Shown here: positions 28,019 through 37,212 of the stretch, piece after piece | Position numbering within the stretch: the stretch's first letter is position 1 | How the letters are laid out: each line of letters starts with the position of its first letter | Source of the DNA: an uncultured Chloroflexia bacterium | GTDB lineage: Bacteria > Chloroflexota > Limnocylindria > Limnocylindrales > CSP1-4 | Direction: 5' to 3' | Assembly (NCBI GenBank): GCA_963819655.1 | Contig: CAWFXA010000003.1 | Coordinates: 96,001-160,000 of the forward strand | Length of the DNA stretch: 64,000 bases | Program-made: the position numbers and the translations under genes | The notes under the pieces: model-generated | What the model saw: the letters and a program-made list of their open reading frames with translations, nothing else | The model's database searches: none | Told to the model about the DNA's origin: nothing

Positions 28019-28869
28019 TGAGCGTCGGCCCGCAGGACCCCCGGATCGACGCGGCGACCGTTCGCAGGCTACTCCGCCACGAGGCCGAGGTCCACGCCAT
28101 CCCCGGCCGCTCTCTGCGCGACCTCGATGACGCTCTGCTGCTGTACGACCCGGTCGAGTCCGAGCCGTTCTGGAACCGCGTCGAGGCGATCCGCTGGCCG
28201 GATGACGCGGCCGCCTTCGATCGCCGCCTGGGCGAGGTGGCGGTGGTGTTCGCATCGATCGCCCGCCAGCCGCACGTATGGACATCTCCGCCCCACGACG
28301 AGCCGGCCGACCTCGTGGCTCGCCTCGCGGCGAACGGCTTCGAGGATGTCGGTCATGGGCTCCTGCTCGTGGCACGCGACGTCGAGCTGGCACGCTCCGC
28401 CCTGTCCGGGCGGCCACTGGGAGAGGGTATGACGCTGGATCGGTTGAGCGGCGTGAGCACGATGGGCGCTGATGCTGCGGCCCATGCCATCGCGGAGGTC
28501 CTGCTGGGCGCGTTCGGGGTCGGCGACGATCGGCGCGACGGCGTGGTCGCCGAGATCGGGAGTGCGCTCATGGACGATCGATTCACCCACTACCTGGTCC
28601 GGCGCGAGGGGCTGCCGCTCAGCGTGGCCCGGCGCGCGACGTTCGACGGGATCTCCTACCTGTCCTCGATCGGGACCGTCGAATTGGCCCGGGGGCTCGG
28701 CCTCGGTAGATACGTGACGGCGACCGCGATGGTCGATGCTGCGGCCGCCGGCAGCGAGTGGATCCACCTCGGGGTGTTCGCCGACAACGTCGCCGCACGG
28801 CGACTGTATGAGACGCTCGGCTTCGTGATGAGCGGCGACCCGGGTCCGGACATGGTCTTCGTCGGGTGA
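28018..28869 (+). CDS. GNAT N-acetyltransferase
   Basis: ARGLGLG, NVAARRLYETLGF. Confidence 0.85.
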   Translation: MSVGPQDPRIDAATVRRLLRHEAEVHAIPGRSLRDLDDALLLYDPVESEPFWNRVEAIRWPDDAAAFDRRLGEVAVVFASIARQPHVWTSPPHDEPADLVARLAANGFEDVGHGLLLVARDVELARSALSGRPLGEGMTLDRLSGVSTMGADAAAHAIAEVLLGAFGVGDDRRDGVVAEIGSALMDDRFTHYLVRREGLPLSVARRATFDGISYLSSIGTVELARGLGLGRYVTATAMVDAAAAGSEWIHLGVFADNVAARRLYETLGFVMSGDPGPDMVFVG

Positions 28870-29255
28870 GTCGCGTGATCGGGCGTGGCTGGGCGACCGT
28901 CGACCTCGAGCGCGCGGCCGGTGAGCTGGGCGATCTCCTGCAGCCGGGCACGTCGTTCGAGGATGCTCCGCGGTCCGTCGTCCTGGGAGCCCGCTGCCTC
29001 CGAGGTCGGGCTCGCCACGACGGCGACGCCACATCCGACTGGATCGTCCTTCTCGAGCCCGACAGCGAGGGCCGCCTGGCCGCGTTCTTGGCTCGGTCCG
29101 GCGAGGGCTGGGCCGCCACGTGGAGCAGTCCGCCGGCCGGTTGGGCGGACCGGCCGGGCACACCGGGTCCGCTCGGGCAGGAACGGCTGAGCGGTCGGAT
29201 CGGGGCCGCCGGCCCGTTCCCGCTGCTGCTGTCGGCCGCTACCATCGACCCATGA
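28866..29255 (+). CDS. Hypothetical protein (VOC/glyoxalase-like)
   Basis: GTGA and ATGA overlaps with both neighbours; GWATVDLERA, VLLEP...GRLAAFLAR.GEG. Confidence 0.7.
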   Translation: MSRVIGRGWATVDLERAAGELGDLLQPGTSFEDAPRSVVLGARCLRGRARHDGDATSDWIVLLEPDSEGRLAAFLARSGEGWAATWSSPPAGWADRPGTPGPLGQERLSGRIGAAGPFPLLLSAATIDP

Positions 29256-29689
29256 CCGACGCCACCCTGACGATCCGCCCGGCGGTCGCCACCGATGCCG
29301 AGGCGATCGCCGCACTGTTCACCGACGAAGGCTATCCGGCCGGCCCGAGCGACATCGTCGAGCGCCTGACGCGGTTCTCGTCCGAGCACTCGCAGGTCGT
29401 CGTGGCGGAGCACGAGGGCGTGGTGCTGGGGTTCATCGCGGTCCACGCCCTGCCGCGCTTCGAGCACGACGATCGGATCCTGCGGGTCCTGGCCCTGGTG
29501 GTCGATGCGGGTGCGCGGGAACGCGGCGTAGGCCGCAGCCTCATGGTCGAGGCGGAGCGCATCGCGACGGAGCTCGGGGCCGCATTCGTTGAGGTGACAT
29601 CCGGCCACCATCGGCCCGATGCCCGGCGGCTATACGAGTCGATGGGTTACGACGCGTCGATAGCCGCGTACTTCCGGAAGAAGCTCTGA
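29252..29689 (+). CDS. GNAT N-acetyltransferase
   Basis: IRPAVATD, ARERGVGRSL, ARRLYESMGY. Confidence 0.9.
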   Translation: MTDATLTIRPAVATDAEAIAALFTDEGYPAGPSDIVERLTRFSSEHSQVVVAEHEGVVLGFIAVHALPRFEHDDRILRVLALVVDAGARERGVGRSLMVEAERIATELGAAFVEVTSGHHRPDARRLYESMGYDASIAAYFRKKL

Positions 29690-29748
29690 CCGAACATCTC
29701 GGGCGAACGACATCGCGTGATGATCTCGCTCTGTCACCATTCGCGGTC

Positions 29749-30684
29749 ATGACCGTCACGGCTTCGACCGAACCCGTCATCCGCGTCCGTGGCCTGACCA
29801 AGCGCTACGGCGATGTCCAGGCTGTCGATGGCATCGACTTCGACGTCGCCAGGGGCGAGATCTTCGGGTTGCTTGGGCCGAACGGGGCAGGCAAGACCAC
29901 CACCGTCGAGATCCTCGAGGGGCTGCGCGAGCCCGATGGCGGCGAAGTCACGGTCCTCGACGTCGACGTCACCAAGGACGCCGACGCGCTCAAGCCGCGG
30001 ATCGGGGTGAGTCTCCAGACTGCGGCGTTGTACCCGAAGCTCACGGTGACCGAGCTCATCGACCTCTTCCGGAGCTTCTACCCACGCTCGCGCCCGACCG
30101 CCGAGATCATCGAGGCGCTCGAGCTCGGTGAGCGGCGCAATGCCCGAAGCGAGGTCCTGTCGGGCGGCCAAAGGCAGCGCCTCGCAGTCGCGTTGGCGCT
30201 CGTGAACGAGCCCGAGCTCGTCTTCCTCGATGAGCCGACGACCGGCCTCGACCCGGCAGCCCGGCGGTCGCTGTGGGACATCGTGCGCGACCTCAAGGCC
30301 GGCGGCCGGTCGGTCCTGCTCACGACGCACTACATGGAGGAGGCCGAGATCCTGTGCGACCGGATCGCGATCATGGACCACGGCCGCATCCTCGAGATGG
30401 GCGGGGTGGAGGAGCTGATCTCCAGGCACTTCCAGGAGCGCACGGTACGGTTCGATCGGCTCGACGCCCTGACCCGGGACGAGCTGGCCGCCCTGCCGGC
30501 CGTCACCTCGGTGAAGGAGGACGCCGACGAGGTCCTGATCTACACGCGTGATCCGGGCCGCACCGTCGGGGGACTGCTCGACCTCGCCGACGCGCGCGGG
30601 GTCGAGCCGCAGAACCTCGCGATCCGGCGGGCAACGCTCGAGGATGTCTTCCTCGAACTGACCGGCCGGGCTCTGCGGGACTGA
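29749..30684 (+). CDS. ABC-2 exporter ATP-binding protein
   Basis: GPNGAGKTT, LSGGQ, FLDEPTTGLD. Confidence 0.95.
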   Translation: MTVTASTEPVIRVRGLTKRYGDVQAVDGIDFDVARGEIFGLLGPNGAGKTTTVEILEGLREPDGGEVTVLDVDVTKDADALKPRIGVSLQTAALYPKLTVTELIDLFRSFYPRSRPTAEIIEALELGERRNARSEVLSGGQRQRLAVALALVNEPELVFLDEPTTGLDPAARRSLWDIVRDLKAGGRSVLLTTHYMEEAEILCDRIAIMDHGRILEMGGVEELISRHFQERTVRFDRLDALTRDELAALPAVTSVKEDADEVLIYTRDPGRTVGGLLDLADARGVEPQNLAIRRATLEDVFLELTGRALRD

Positions 30685-30690
30685 CCGTCG

Positions 30691-31782
30691 ATGACCGCCC
30701 TTCTCGCACTCACGGTCGCCAACATCAGGAGCTACGTCCGCGATCGCGCGGCGCTGTTCTGGACGCTCGCCTTCCCGCTGATCTTCATCTTCATGTTCGG
30801 CTTCATATTCCAGGAAGGCGACCAGAGCCGGCTGACACTTGGCTGGGTCGATGAGGACGGGACGCCGGCGGCGTCCGAGCTGCGAGCTGGGTTCGCCGCA
30901 CAGGAGGGGACCGCGCTCGTCGAGGCGACCAGGGACGAGGCGCTCGCCCAGATGCGCGACGGCAGCGTTGACGCCGTGATCCTCGTCCCCGCCGGCTACG
31001 GGGCGGCGATCGCCGCCGGCGAGGCTGGGAGCGGAGGCCCGACGTCGGTCGAGGTGTACACCGACCCGTCCCGCGCGAACCTCGTGGCGTCGGTGTATCA
31101 GTCCGTCCAGGCCGTGTTCGGCGCCGTCAATCTCGGCGGCCGACCGCCCTTGGTCGTCCCGCAACCGGAGACGCTCCAGACGGAGAACCTCAACTTCATC
31201 AGCTACTTCGTGCCGAGCATGCTCGGCCTGTCCGTGATGCAGGTCGGGATCTTCGCGGCGATCCCCCTGGTGGCCGACCGGGTGAAGCTCATCCTCAAGC
31301 GCCTGGCTGCGACCCCGCTCCGGCGCTGGCAGCTCGTCGGCTCGAATGTCCTGATGCGGCTGCTCATCGCCCTGGCCCAGGCCGTGATCATCGTCGCCGT
31401 CGGCGTGCTCGTCTTTGGCGTCGAGATCGTCGGGTCGTTCCTGCTGACGGGCCTGTTCATCGCCCTCGGCGCGGTGGCGTTCCTGGCGCTCGGCTATGTC
31501 ATCGCGTCGTTCGCCAAGACCGAGGATTCGGCGAACGGGATGACCAGCGTCGTGCAATTCCCGATGATGTTCCTGTCGGGGACGTTCTTCCCGATCGACC
31601 AGATGCCCGACTTCCTGCAGGGCATCGCCCGGCTGATCCCGCTCACGTACCTGTCCGACGCGCTCCGTCAGGTCATGGTCGGCGGGGCGGCCTTCGCGCC
31701 CTTGTGGGTGTGCGCCGCAGTCCTGATGGGGTGGCTCGTGGTGTGCTTCGGGATCGCCGCCAGGAAGTTCCGCTGGCAGTAG
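30691..31782 (+). CDS. ABC-2 exporter permease
   Basis: LFWTLAFP, FLSGTFFP, PLTY. Confidence 0.92.
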   Translation: MTALLALTVANIRSYVRDRAALFWTLAFPLIFIFMFGFIFQEGDQSRLTLGWVDEDGTPAASELRAGFAAQEGTALVEATRDEALAQMRDGSVDAVILVPAGYGAAIAAGEAGSGGPTSVEVYTDPSRANLVASVYQSVQAVFGAVNLGGRPPLVVPQPETLQTENLNFISYFVPSMLGLSVMQVGIFAAIPLVADRVKLILKRLAATPLRRWQLVGSNVLMRLLIALAQAVIIVAVGVLVFGVEIVGSFLLTGLFIALGAVAFLALGYVIASFAKTEDSANGMTSVVQFPMMFLSGTFFPIDQMPDFLQGIARLIPLTYLSDALRQVMVGGAAFAPLWVCAAVLMGWLVVCFGIAARKFRWQ

Positions 31783-31828
31783 CCCCGCATCCTTCGTCTC
31801 GTCCACACCGCGCCCACAGCGCACGCGC

Positions 31829-31966
31829 GATGCGACGATTTCGTCGCATCAGAGGGTTTGGATAGCGGCGTTCACGCACGAGATGCTCGCGGGCAGACGG
31901 TGCGGGAGGCTCGGTCAGGCACGATCCGGTCCATGTAGGTCCAAGATGCGCCGATTTCGTCGCATC
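31829..31966. repeat. Two copies of 22-bp palindrome GATGCG(A/C)CGA-TT-TCGTCGCATC (REP-like)
   Basis: Copies at 31829-31850 and 31945-31966 between convergent genes. Confidence 0.75.
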
Positions 31967-32014
31967 GGTGGGGTCATGGGCCCGCGGATGTCGCTTGGGA
32001 TGCGCTGCGAATGC

Positions 32015-32545
32015 CTACCAGCGCTCCTCGTGGATGAGCTCGTCGAGCGGCAGCCGACCGCCGGCGCGGAGCGGACGCGTGAGGTCGGTCGGGTCGGCCG
32101 GGTAGCCGAACGAGAGCAGGAACTCGCAGTGATGATCGGCTGGGTAGGCGAGCAGGGACCGCGCGAGATCCTGCTCATAGACGGTCGCCGGCACGCTGCC
32201 GATCCCGAACTCCCACGCCACGAGCATCATCGAGTCGGCGGCCTGGCCGAGGTCGAACATCACCGACAGCGGCGCGTCCGTGCGCGCGGGATCCGGGGTG
32301 ACGAGGGCCACCGCGACGGCCGCCCCCGCCAGGTGACCGGCGTACGGCCCGACCGCCGCGAGCTCCCTGAGATGCGTCCGGTCGCGGCAGACGATGAATG
32401 CCCAGCGCTGTTGGTTCTTCGAGCTGTTGGCGCGGCGGCCGGCGTGAAGGATGCGATCGAGGTGCTCGTCGTCGAGCGGCCGGTCGGCGAAGCGGCGGAC
32501 GACGCGGCGGGACGTGACGGCATCCCACACCGAGATCGGGCGCAT
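32015..32545 (-). CDS. Nitroreductase family protein
   Basis: SRRVVRRF, ANSSKNQQRWAF, FDLGQAA, SFGYP. Confidence 0.9.
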   Translation of the reverse strand: MRPISVWDAVTSRRVVRRFADRPLDDEHLDRILHAGRRANSSKNQQRWAFIVCRDRTHLRELAAVGPYAGHLAGAAVAVALVTPDPARTDAPLSVMFDLGQAADSMMLVAWEFGIGSVPATVYEQDLARSLLAYPADHHCEFLLSFGYPADPTDLTRPLRAGGRLPLDELIHEERW

Positions 32546-33654
32546 CAGCCCAGTCCCGGCTCGTCGGCCGATGCCAGCGCCTCGAGGTCGGGTGTCCGGG
32601 TGGCGCCGGGCAACGCGATCTGGGCCAGCGTGCGGAAACCGCCTGGCATCGTGTCGACCGCGGACAGACGCTCCTCGGCCGCCGGGATGCGCTGCGCTGG
32701 CGTGGCGGCGGCGATGGCGGCCGCCTCGTCGGGATCGAGCGGGCCGTCCAGCGCAGCGGCCAGGAACCGGGCGACACCAGCCCGATATGCGGCGTCCTCA
32801 TACAGCCACGAATGCTGCCCGCCCGGGATGACAATGGTCTCGACCGGCTCGGCCGCCGGATCCGCCGCACGCGCGCGACGGGCGGCTGCCGCGAGCCGGG
32901 CCATATGGGGGAACGGCACGACCTGGTCCTCGTCACCGTGGGCGAGGAGGATCGGCCCGCGAAACCTGGCGATCGCATCGGTCGCGCTGACCTCGGTCAC
33001 GACGTGGCCGCGCGGCCGCAGGAACACCCGGGTCGTGAGCCAGGCCAGCGGGTAGGCGATCGGGTCGGGGATCGGCAGGCGGGCCAACCGGAAGGTCTGG
33101 CGCGTCAGCCGGTATGGATCGGCTGGCGATGAGGTCGCGACCACGGCGGCCACGCGCGGGTCGGCAGCGGCCGCAAGGATCGCGCCGATGGCCCCCATCG
33201 AGTGCCCGACCAGGGCGCCGGCCGTCACCTCGGGGCGTTCGACGAATGCTCGGAACGCCGCCAGGGCGTCGAGCCCGAACTCACCGGCACTGACCGGCAG
33301 CGCCTCGGCCGGGTTTTCGCCGTGACCGCGGACATCGAACGTCAGGCAGTGGAACCCGGCCGCATGGAGGAAGTGCGCGAGCGGGAGTGTTCGGTCCCGA
33401 GCCGACTCCCAGCCGTGGATGAGCACGACGCCCGGCCCAGGCGCCCCAGCGCGGGCCGGGATGAACCAGGCGGGCAGGTCGATCCCCTCAGACGGGACCG
33501 TGGCCCGTTCGAACGGAAGCCCAAGGTCGGCCGGTGTCATGGTCGGCGGGAACCGTCGCGGGTAGCCGGCCCGGGCCCGATACGCGAGCGCGAAACGGTA
33601 GGCGAGACCGACCTGGGCGGCGGCGATCGCCGCCGCGACACCTGCTCGAGTCAC
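32545..33654 (-). CDS. Alpha/beta hydrolase
   Basis: IHGW, FDVRGHG, GHSMG, HGDEDQVV, GGQH; start uncertain. Confidence 0.88.
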   Translation of the reverse strand: MTRAGVAAAIAAAQVGLAYRFALAYRARAGYPRRFPPTMTPADLGLPFERATVPSEGIDLPAWFIPARAGAPGPGVVLIHGWESARDRTLPLAHFLHAAGFHCLTFDVRGHGENPAEALPVSAGEFGLDALAAFRAFVERPEVTAGALVGHSMGAIGAILAAAADPRVAAVVATSSPADPYRLTRQTFRLARLPIPDPIAYPLAWLTTRVFLRPRGHVVTEVSATDAIARFRGPILLAHGDEDQVVPFPHMARLAAAARRARAADPAAEPVETIVIPGGQHSWLYEDAAYRAGVARFLAAALDGPLDPDEAAAIAAATPAQRIPAAEERLSAVDTMPGGFRTLAQIALPGATRTPDLEALASADEPGLG

Positions 33655-33736
33655 GACTCCCACGGCCCTAGGGGACGGCACCACACGGCAGCCTGTCAAG
33701 CGTCGAGCCGATCCTGGCCGCCGGTACACTGGCTGC

Positions 33737-34474
33737 GTGGCGAAACGCGACCCTCATGACGTGCTCGGTGTGGCCGTCGGGGCGGACCCGACCCGTATCA
33801 AGGCCGCATGGCGACGCCTCGCGCGCGCCCATCATCCCGACCTGACCGGCGACGACCCTGCCGCGTCCCGGGTCGCGACCCGGAAGATGGCCGAGATCAA
33901 CGACGCCTATGCCGCCTTGACCCGCGGGACGGGCGACGACCGGGCCGCAGACGGGCCGCCGGCCGACATGGGAACCGACGGGAGGCGTCGCCGGGGGGGC
34001 GGCCCACCCCCTCCGCGACCAACCCGTCCTGTCACCGGTCGTGTCGATACGACTGCCACCTACAGGCCCCGCAACCAGACGACGCCGCGCGAGATGGGCG
34101 GCACCTACCCACCTCGCGGCTCGACGCTGGCCGGCCAGCCGCCGTCGCGCGGACAACGGGTCCACCAGGAGGCCCCGCGCGCGTCGACACCGACGGGGCC
34201 TCTCGAGCGGGGCCGGCTGCGCAACTTCAGGCGCCCCCGACCACCGCGCCTCGACCGAGCGCTCGGGCACGTGGTCGAGTTCGGCAAGTTCCACGGTCAC
34301 ACCCTCGGGCAGATCGCGGCTTTCGAGCCGTCGTACATCGATTGGGTAGCCGGCACGGTGACCCGGGACCCGGACCTCGTCGCCGCCGCACGCGTCGTCC
34401 AGGCGGACCTGGACACGCGGGGGATCGGGCGGCGCTCCCACCCGCCGACAGCGCGGGCGTCGCGCTCGGCATAA
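33737..34474 (+). CDS. J-domain protein with C-terminal FGKxxG (DUF3820/QSregVF_b-like) domain
   Basis: HHPD J motif; EFGKFHGHTLGQIAAFEPSYIDW; TACACT -10 6 nt before GTG. Confidence 0.85.
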   Translation: MAKRDPHDVLGVAVGADPTRIKAAWRRLARAHHPDLTGDDPAASRVATRKMAEINDAYAALTRGTGDDRAADGPPADMGTDGRRRRGGGPPPPRPTRPVTGRVDTTATYRPRNQTTPREMGGTYPPRGSTLAGQPPSRGQRVHQEAPRASTPTGPLERGRLRNFRRPRPPRLDRALGHVVEFGKFHGHTLGQIAAFEPSYIDWVAGTVTRDPDLVAAARVVQADLDTRGIGRRSHPPTARASRSA

Positions 34475-34520
34475 GGACAGCACCGGTCCACGGCCGGACC
34501 TCAGCGGCCGGACTTCACCG

Positions 34521-34561
34521 GAGAAATGAAGATCGCCCCCCGGCAATCCCGGAGGGCGATC
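34521..34561 (-). terminator. Intrinsic terminator
   Basis: GATCGCCCTCCGG-GATTG-CCGGGGGGCGATC-TTCATTTCT; U-G pair favours - strand. Confidence 0.75.
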
Positions 34562-34757
34562 GAGCGATGATCCGCGCCAATCTCTATCAGTCCTGCCAAC
34601 CCGACGGCCTTACGGGCCTGATGGCCGAAAGATCCGGTTACTCGGCTCGTGACAGGGAGCCGGGATCCCTCCCTCGAACCTCCTCGAGAAAGCGTCCGTT
34701 CCCCGTCCGTGACCGACGCCCCAGGTGCTGTCCCCGGTTCGATCGCAGGTCGGCTTG
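34521..34757 (-). ncRNA. Candidate structured ncRNA (about 235 nt), unknown family
   Basis: TTGCCC-N18-TAGGGT promoter (34793-34764), closing stem 34746-34754/34595-34603, terminator 34531-34561 followed by TTCATTTC. Confidence 0.6.
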
Positions 34758-34911
34758 GTATGAACCCTACGCCCGGGTCCCCGTGCAGGGCAATGGCACC
34801 CTGGTCCCGAAATCGCCCGGGCGATGGTCGGGCGCATCCTGGCACCACGAGTGGGACGCCCGTACCAGGTGCCAGGGCGCACCGCGCGGCAGGCGCCGCT
34901 ACCCTTCCGGC

Positions 34912-35517
34912 GTGACCCACCGACTCCATCGCCGCGGTCCGGCGCTGGCCGCCGTCGTCCTGGCCGCCCTGGCGGTGGCCACCCTCGGGGCCTGCGCGAC
35001 CAGCTCGACCGCGTCACGATTCGACCCAACGGGTCCGTGTACCACCGAGGGCCGGTCGGCGGGCGCCTACCCGGAGCTCGAGGCGCGCGTCCCAACGAGC
35101 TACGAGGGACGCGGGCCCGACCTGCTCGACTCCGGGCGCCACTGCACCCAGGCGAGCCTCGGGTCCCTGGCCACGGCAGGCTTCACCGAGGTGCGCTTCG
35201 CCGGCGGGACATGGGATTTCGGCGGCAACCGGGCAGCGGCGCTCGTCGTATTCGAGGCCACTGACCTGACCGCCGATCAGGTCGCCGACTTCTACGCCAC
35301 CAGCGCTCGCGCGGCGGACCGAACACGGGTCACCGGTGAGTCGACGCCGTCTGTCGCTGGTCGCGCCGGCCGTCGCCTCGATACGACGACCGGCAGTCGG
35401 ACACAGTCCGTCGTCGTGTGGCCGTCGGCCGGTCCGGGAATCGTCAACATCGTCATCACGAACGACCTGCCGGACCCGAAGATCGACGCGGCGGTCGAAG
35501 CGTTCGGCGGGCACTGA
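34912..35517 (+). CDS. Hypothetical lipoprotein
   Basis: Signal with LGAC lipobox; TACCCT -10 6 nt before GTG. Confidence 0.75.
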   Translation: MTHRLHRRGPALAAVVLAALAVATLGACATSSTASRFDPTGPCTTEGRSAGAYPELEARVPTSYEGRGPDLLDSGRHCTQASLGSLATAGFTEVRFAGGTWDFGGNRAAALVVFEATDLTADQVADFYATSARAADRTRVTGESTPSVAGRAGRRLDTTTGSRTQSVVVWPSAGPGIVNIVITNDLPDPKIDAAVEAFGGH

Positions 35518-35547
35518 CCCGCGTGACCCGGTGCTAGAGTCGAGGTC

Positions 35548-37212
35548 ATGACCGACCGCCGCGCCGACTGGGAGCGCGACCGCCTGAAGCCCGCCCTCGA
35601 CCGGGCGCCGGAGCGCAAGCAGTCCTTCTCGACGATCAGCGACATGCCGATCGAGCCGTTGTACGGACCGTGGTCGCTGCCGGACGACGCCGACGACCGG
35701 ATCGGCATGCCCGGCGAGCCGCCGTTCACCCGCGGCATCCACCCGACCGGTTACCGGAGCCGCCTGTGGACGATGCGCATGTTCGCAGGCTTCGGCTCGG
35801 CCGAGGACACGAACGACCGCTTCCGGCAGCTGCTGGCGGCTGGCCAGACCGGGCTATCGATCGCGTACGACATGCCCACGCTGTACGGCTACGACACCGA
35901 CGACCCCGAGGCCGAAGGGGAGTTCGGGACGTGCGGGGTCGGGGTCAGCAGCCTGGCCGACATGGAGGTCCTGCTCGCGGACCTGCCGCTGGAGAAGGTC
36001 TCCACGTCGATGACGATCAACTCGCCGGCGGCGCCGATCTGGGCGATGTACATCGTCGCAGCCGAGAAGGCCGGTGTGCCGCGCGACCGGCTCGAGGGCA
36101 CGCTCCAGAACGACATCCTCAAGGAGTTCATCGCGCAGAAGGAGTTCCTGTTCCCGCCCGAGCCGTCGATGCGCCTCGTGACCGACACGATCGAATTCGG
36201 GACGCGTGAGATGCCGCGCTGGAACACCATCTCCATCAGCGGCTATCACATCCGCGAGGCCGGCTCGACCGCGGTCCAGGAGCTGGCATTCACGATCGCC
36301 GACGGCATGGCCTACGTGGAGCACGCCATCGAACGCGGGCTGCGGGTCGACGACTTCGCACCACGCCTGTCGTTCTTCTTCAACTCGCATTCGGACTTCT
36401 TCGAGGAGATCGCCAAGTTCCGGGCAAGCCGACGGATCTGGCACGACCTGATGACGAAGCGCTACCGGGCCGAGAACGAGCGATCCGCCTGGATGCGCTT
36501 CCATACCCAGACGGCCGGTGTGTCGCTGACCCCGCAGCAGCCCCTCAACAACCTGACGCGGGTCGCCCTCCAGGCACTGGCCGGGGTGCTGGGCGGGACG
36601 CAATCGCTCCACACGGACGCGTACGACGAGGCGCTGGCGGTCCCCACCGCCGAGGCCGCTCTGCTGGCATTGCGCCAGCAGCAGGTCATCGCCGAGGAGA
36701 GCGGCGTCGACGCCACCGTCGACCCGCTCGGCGGGTCCTGGTTCGTCGAGGCGCTCACGGACGAGACGGAACGGCAGGTCTGGCGCTACCTCGACGAGAT
36801 CGATCGGCGCGGCGGCATGGTCGCGGCGATCGGGGAGGGCTACCCCCAGCGCGAGGTCGCCGACGCGGCCTATCGCTATCAGCGCGAGTTCGACGACGGG
36901 CAGCGGCGCATCGTCGGGGTCAACGCCTACGTCGACGAGACCGAGGAGACGACAGTGCCGGTGCTGGCCGTGCCACCGGGCTCCCTGGAGCGCCAGCTCG
37001 CTCGGTTGGAGCGGACGCGGCGGGAGCGTGACGCGAGCGCCGTCGAGGCGGCGTTGTCCGGCCTGCGCGACGCGGCGTCACGGCCCGGTTCGAGCGAGAC
37101 GAACCTCATGCCCCATTTCATCCGGGGCGCTGCGGCCTACGCCACGCTGGGCGAGATGTGCGGGGTGCTGCGCGGGGTCTTCGGCGAGTACCGCGAGCCG
37201 GTCGCGGTCTAA
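35548..37212 (+). CDS. icmA: B12-dependent acyl-CoA mutase large subunit, isobutyryl-CoA mutase type
   Basis: [17 protein letters not shown] (Phe), [13 protein letters not shown] (Gln), [10 protein letters not shown]. Confidence 0.8.
   Translation: MTDRRADWERDRLKPALDRAPERKQSFSTISDMPIEPLYGPWSLPDDADDRIGMPGEPPFTRGIHPTGYRSRLWTMRMFAGFGSAEDTNDRFRQLLAAGQTGLSIAYDMPTLYGYDTDDPEAEGEFGTCGVGVSSLADMEVLLADLPLEKVSTSMTINSPAAPIWAMYIVAAEKAGVPRDRLEGTLQNDILKEFIAQKEFLFPPEPSMRLVTDTIEFGTREMPRWNTISISGYHIREAGSTAVQELAFTIADGMAYVEHAIERGLRVDDFAPRLSFFFNSHSDFFEEIAKFRASRRIWHDLMTKRYRAENERSAWMRFHTQTAGVSLTPQQPLNNLTRVALQALAGVLGGTQSLHTDAYDEALAVPTAEAALLALRQQQVIAEESGVDATVDPLGGSWFVEALTDETERQVWRYLDEIDRRGGMVAAIGEGYPQREVADAAYRYQREFDDGQRRIVGVNAYVDETEETTVPVLAVPPGSLERQLARLERTRRERDASAVEAALSGLRDAASRPGSSETNLMPHFIRGAAAYATLGEMCGVLRGVFGEYREPVAV

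Noticed and set aside
34600-34630. SRP RNA (TCAGGCCCGTAAGG on - strand)
   Set aside because: Lacks the following GAGCAGC/AAGCAGC half of the domain IV motif
34475-34733. 10-bp inverted repeat GGACAGCACC/GGTGCTGTCC as retron or MITE ends
   Set aside because: No reverse transcriptase or transposase; plausible by chance in GC-rich DNA
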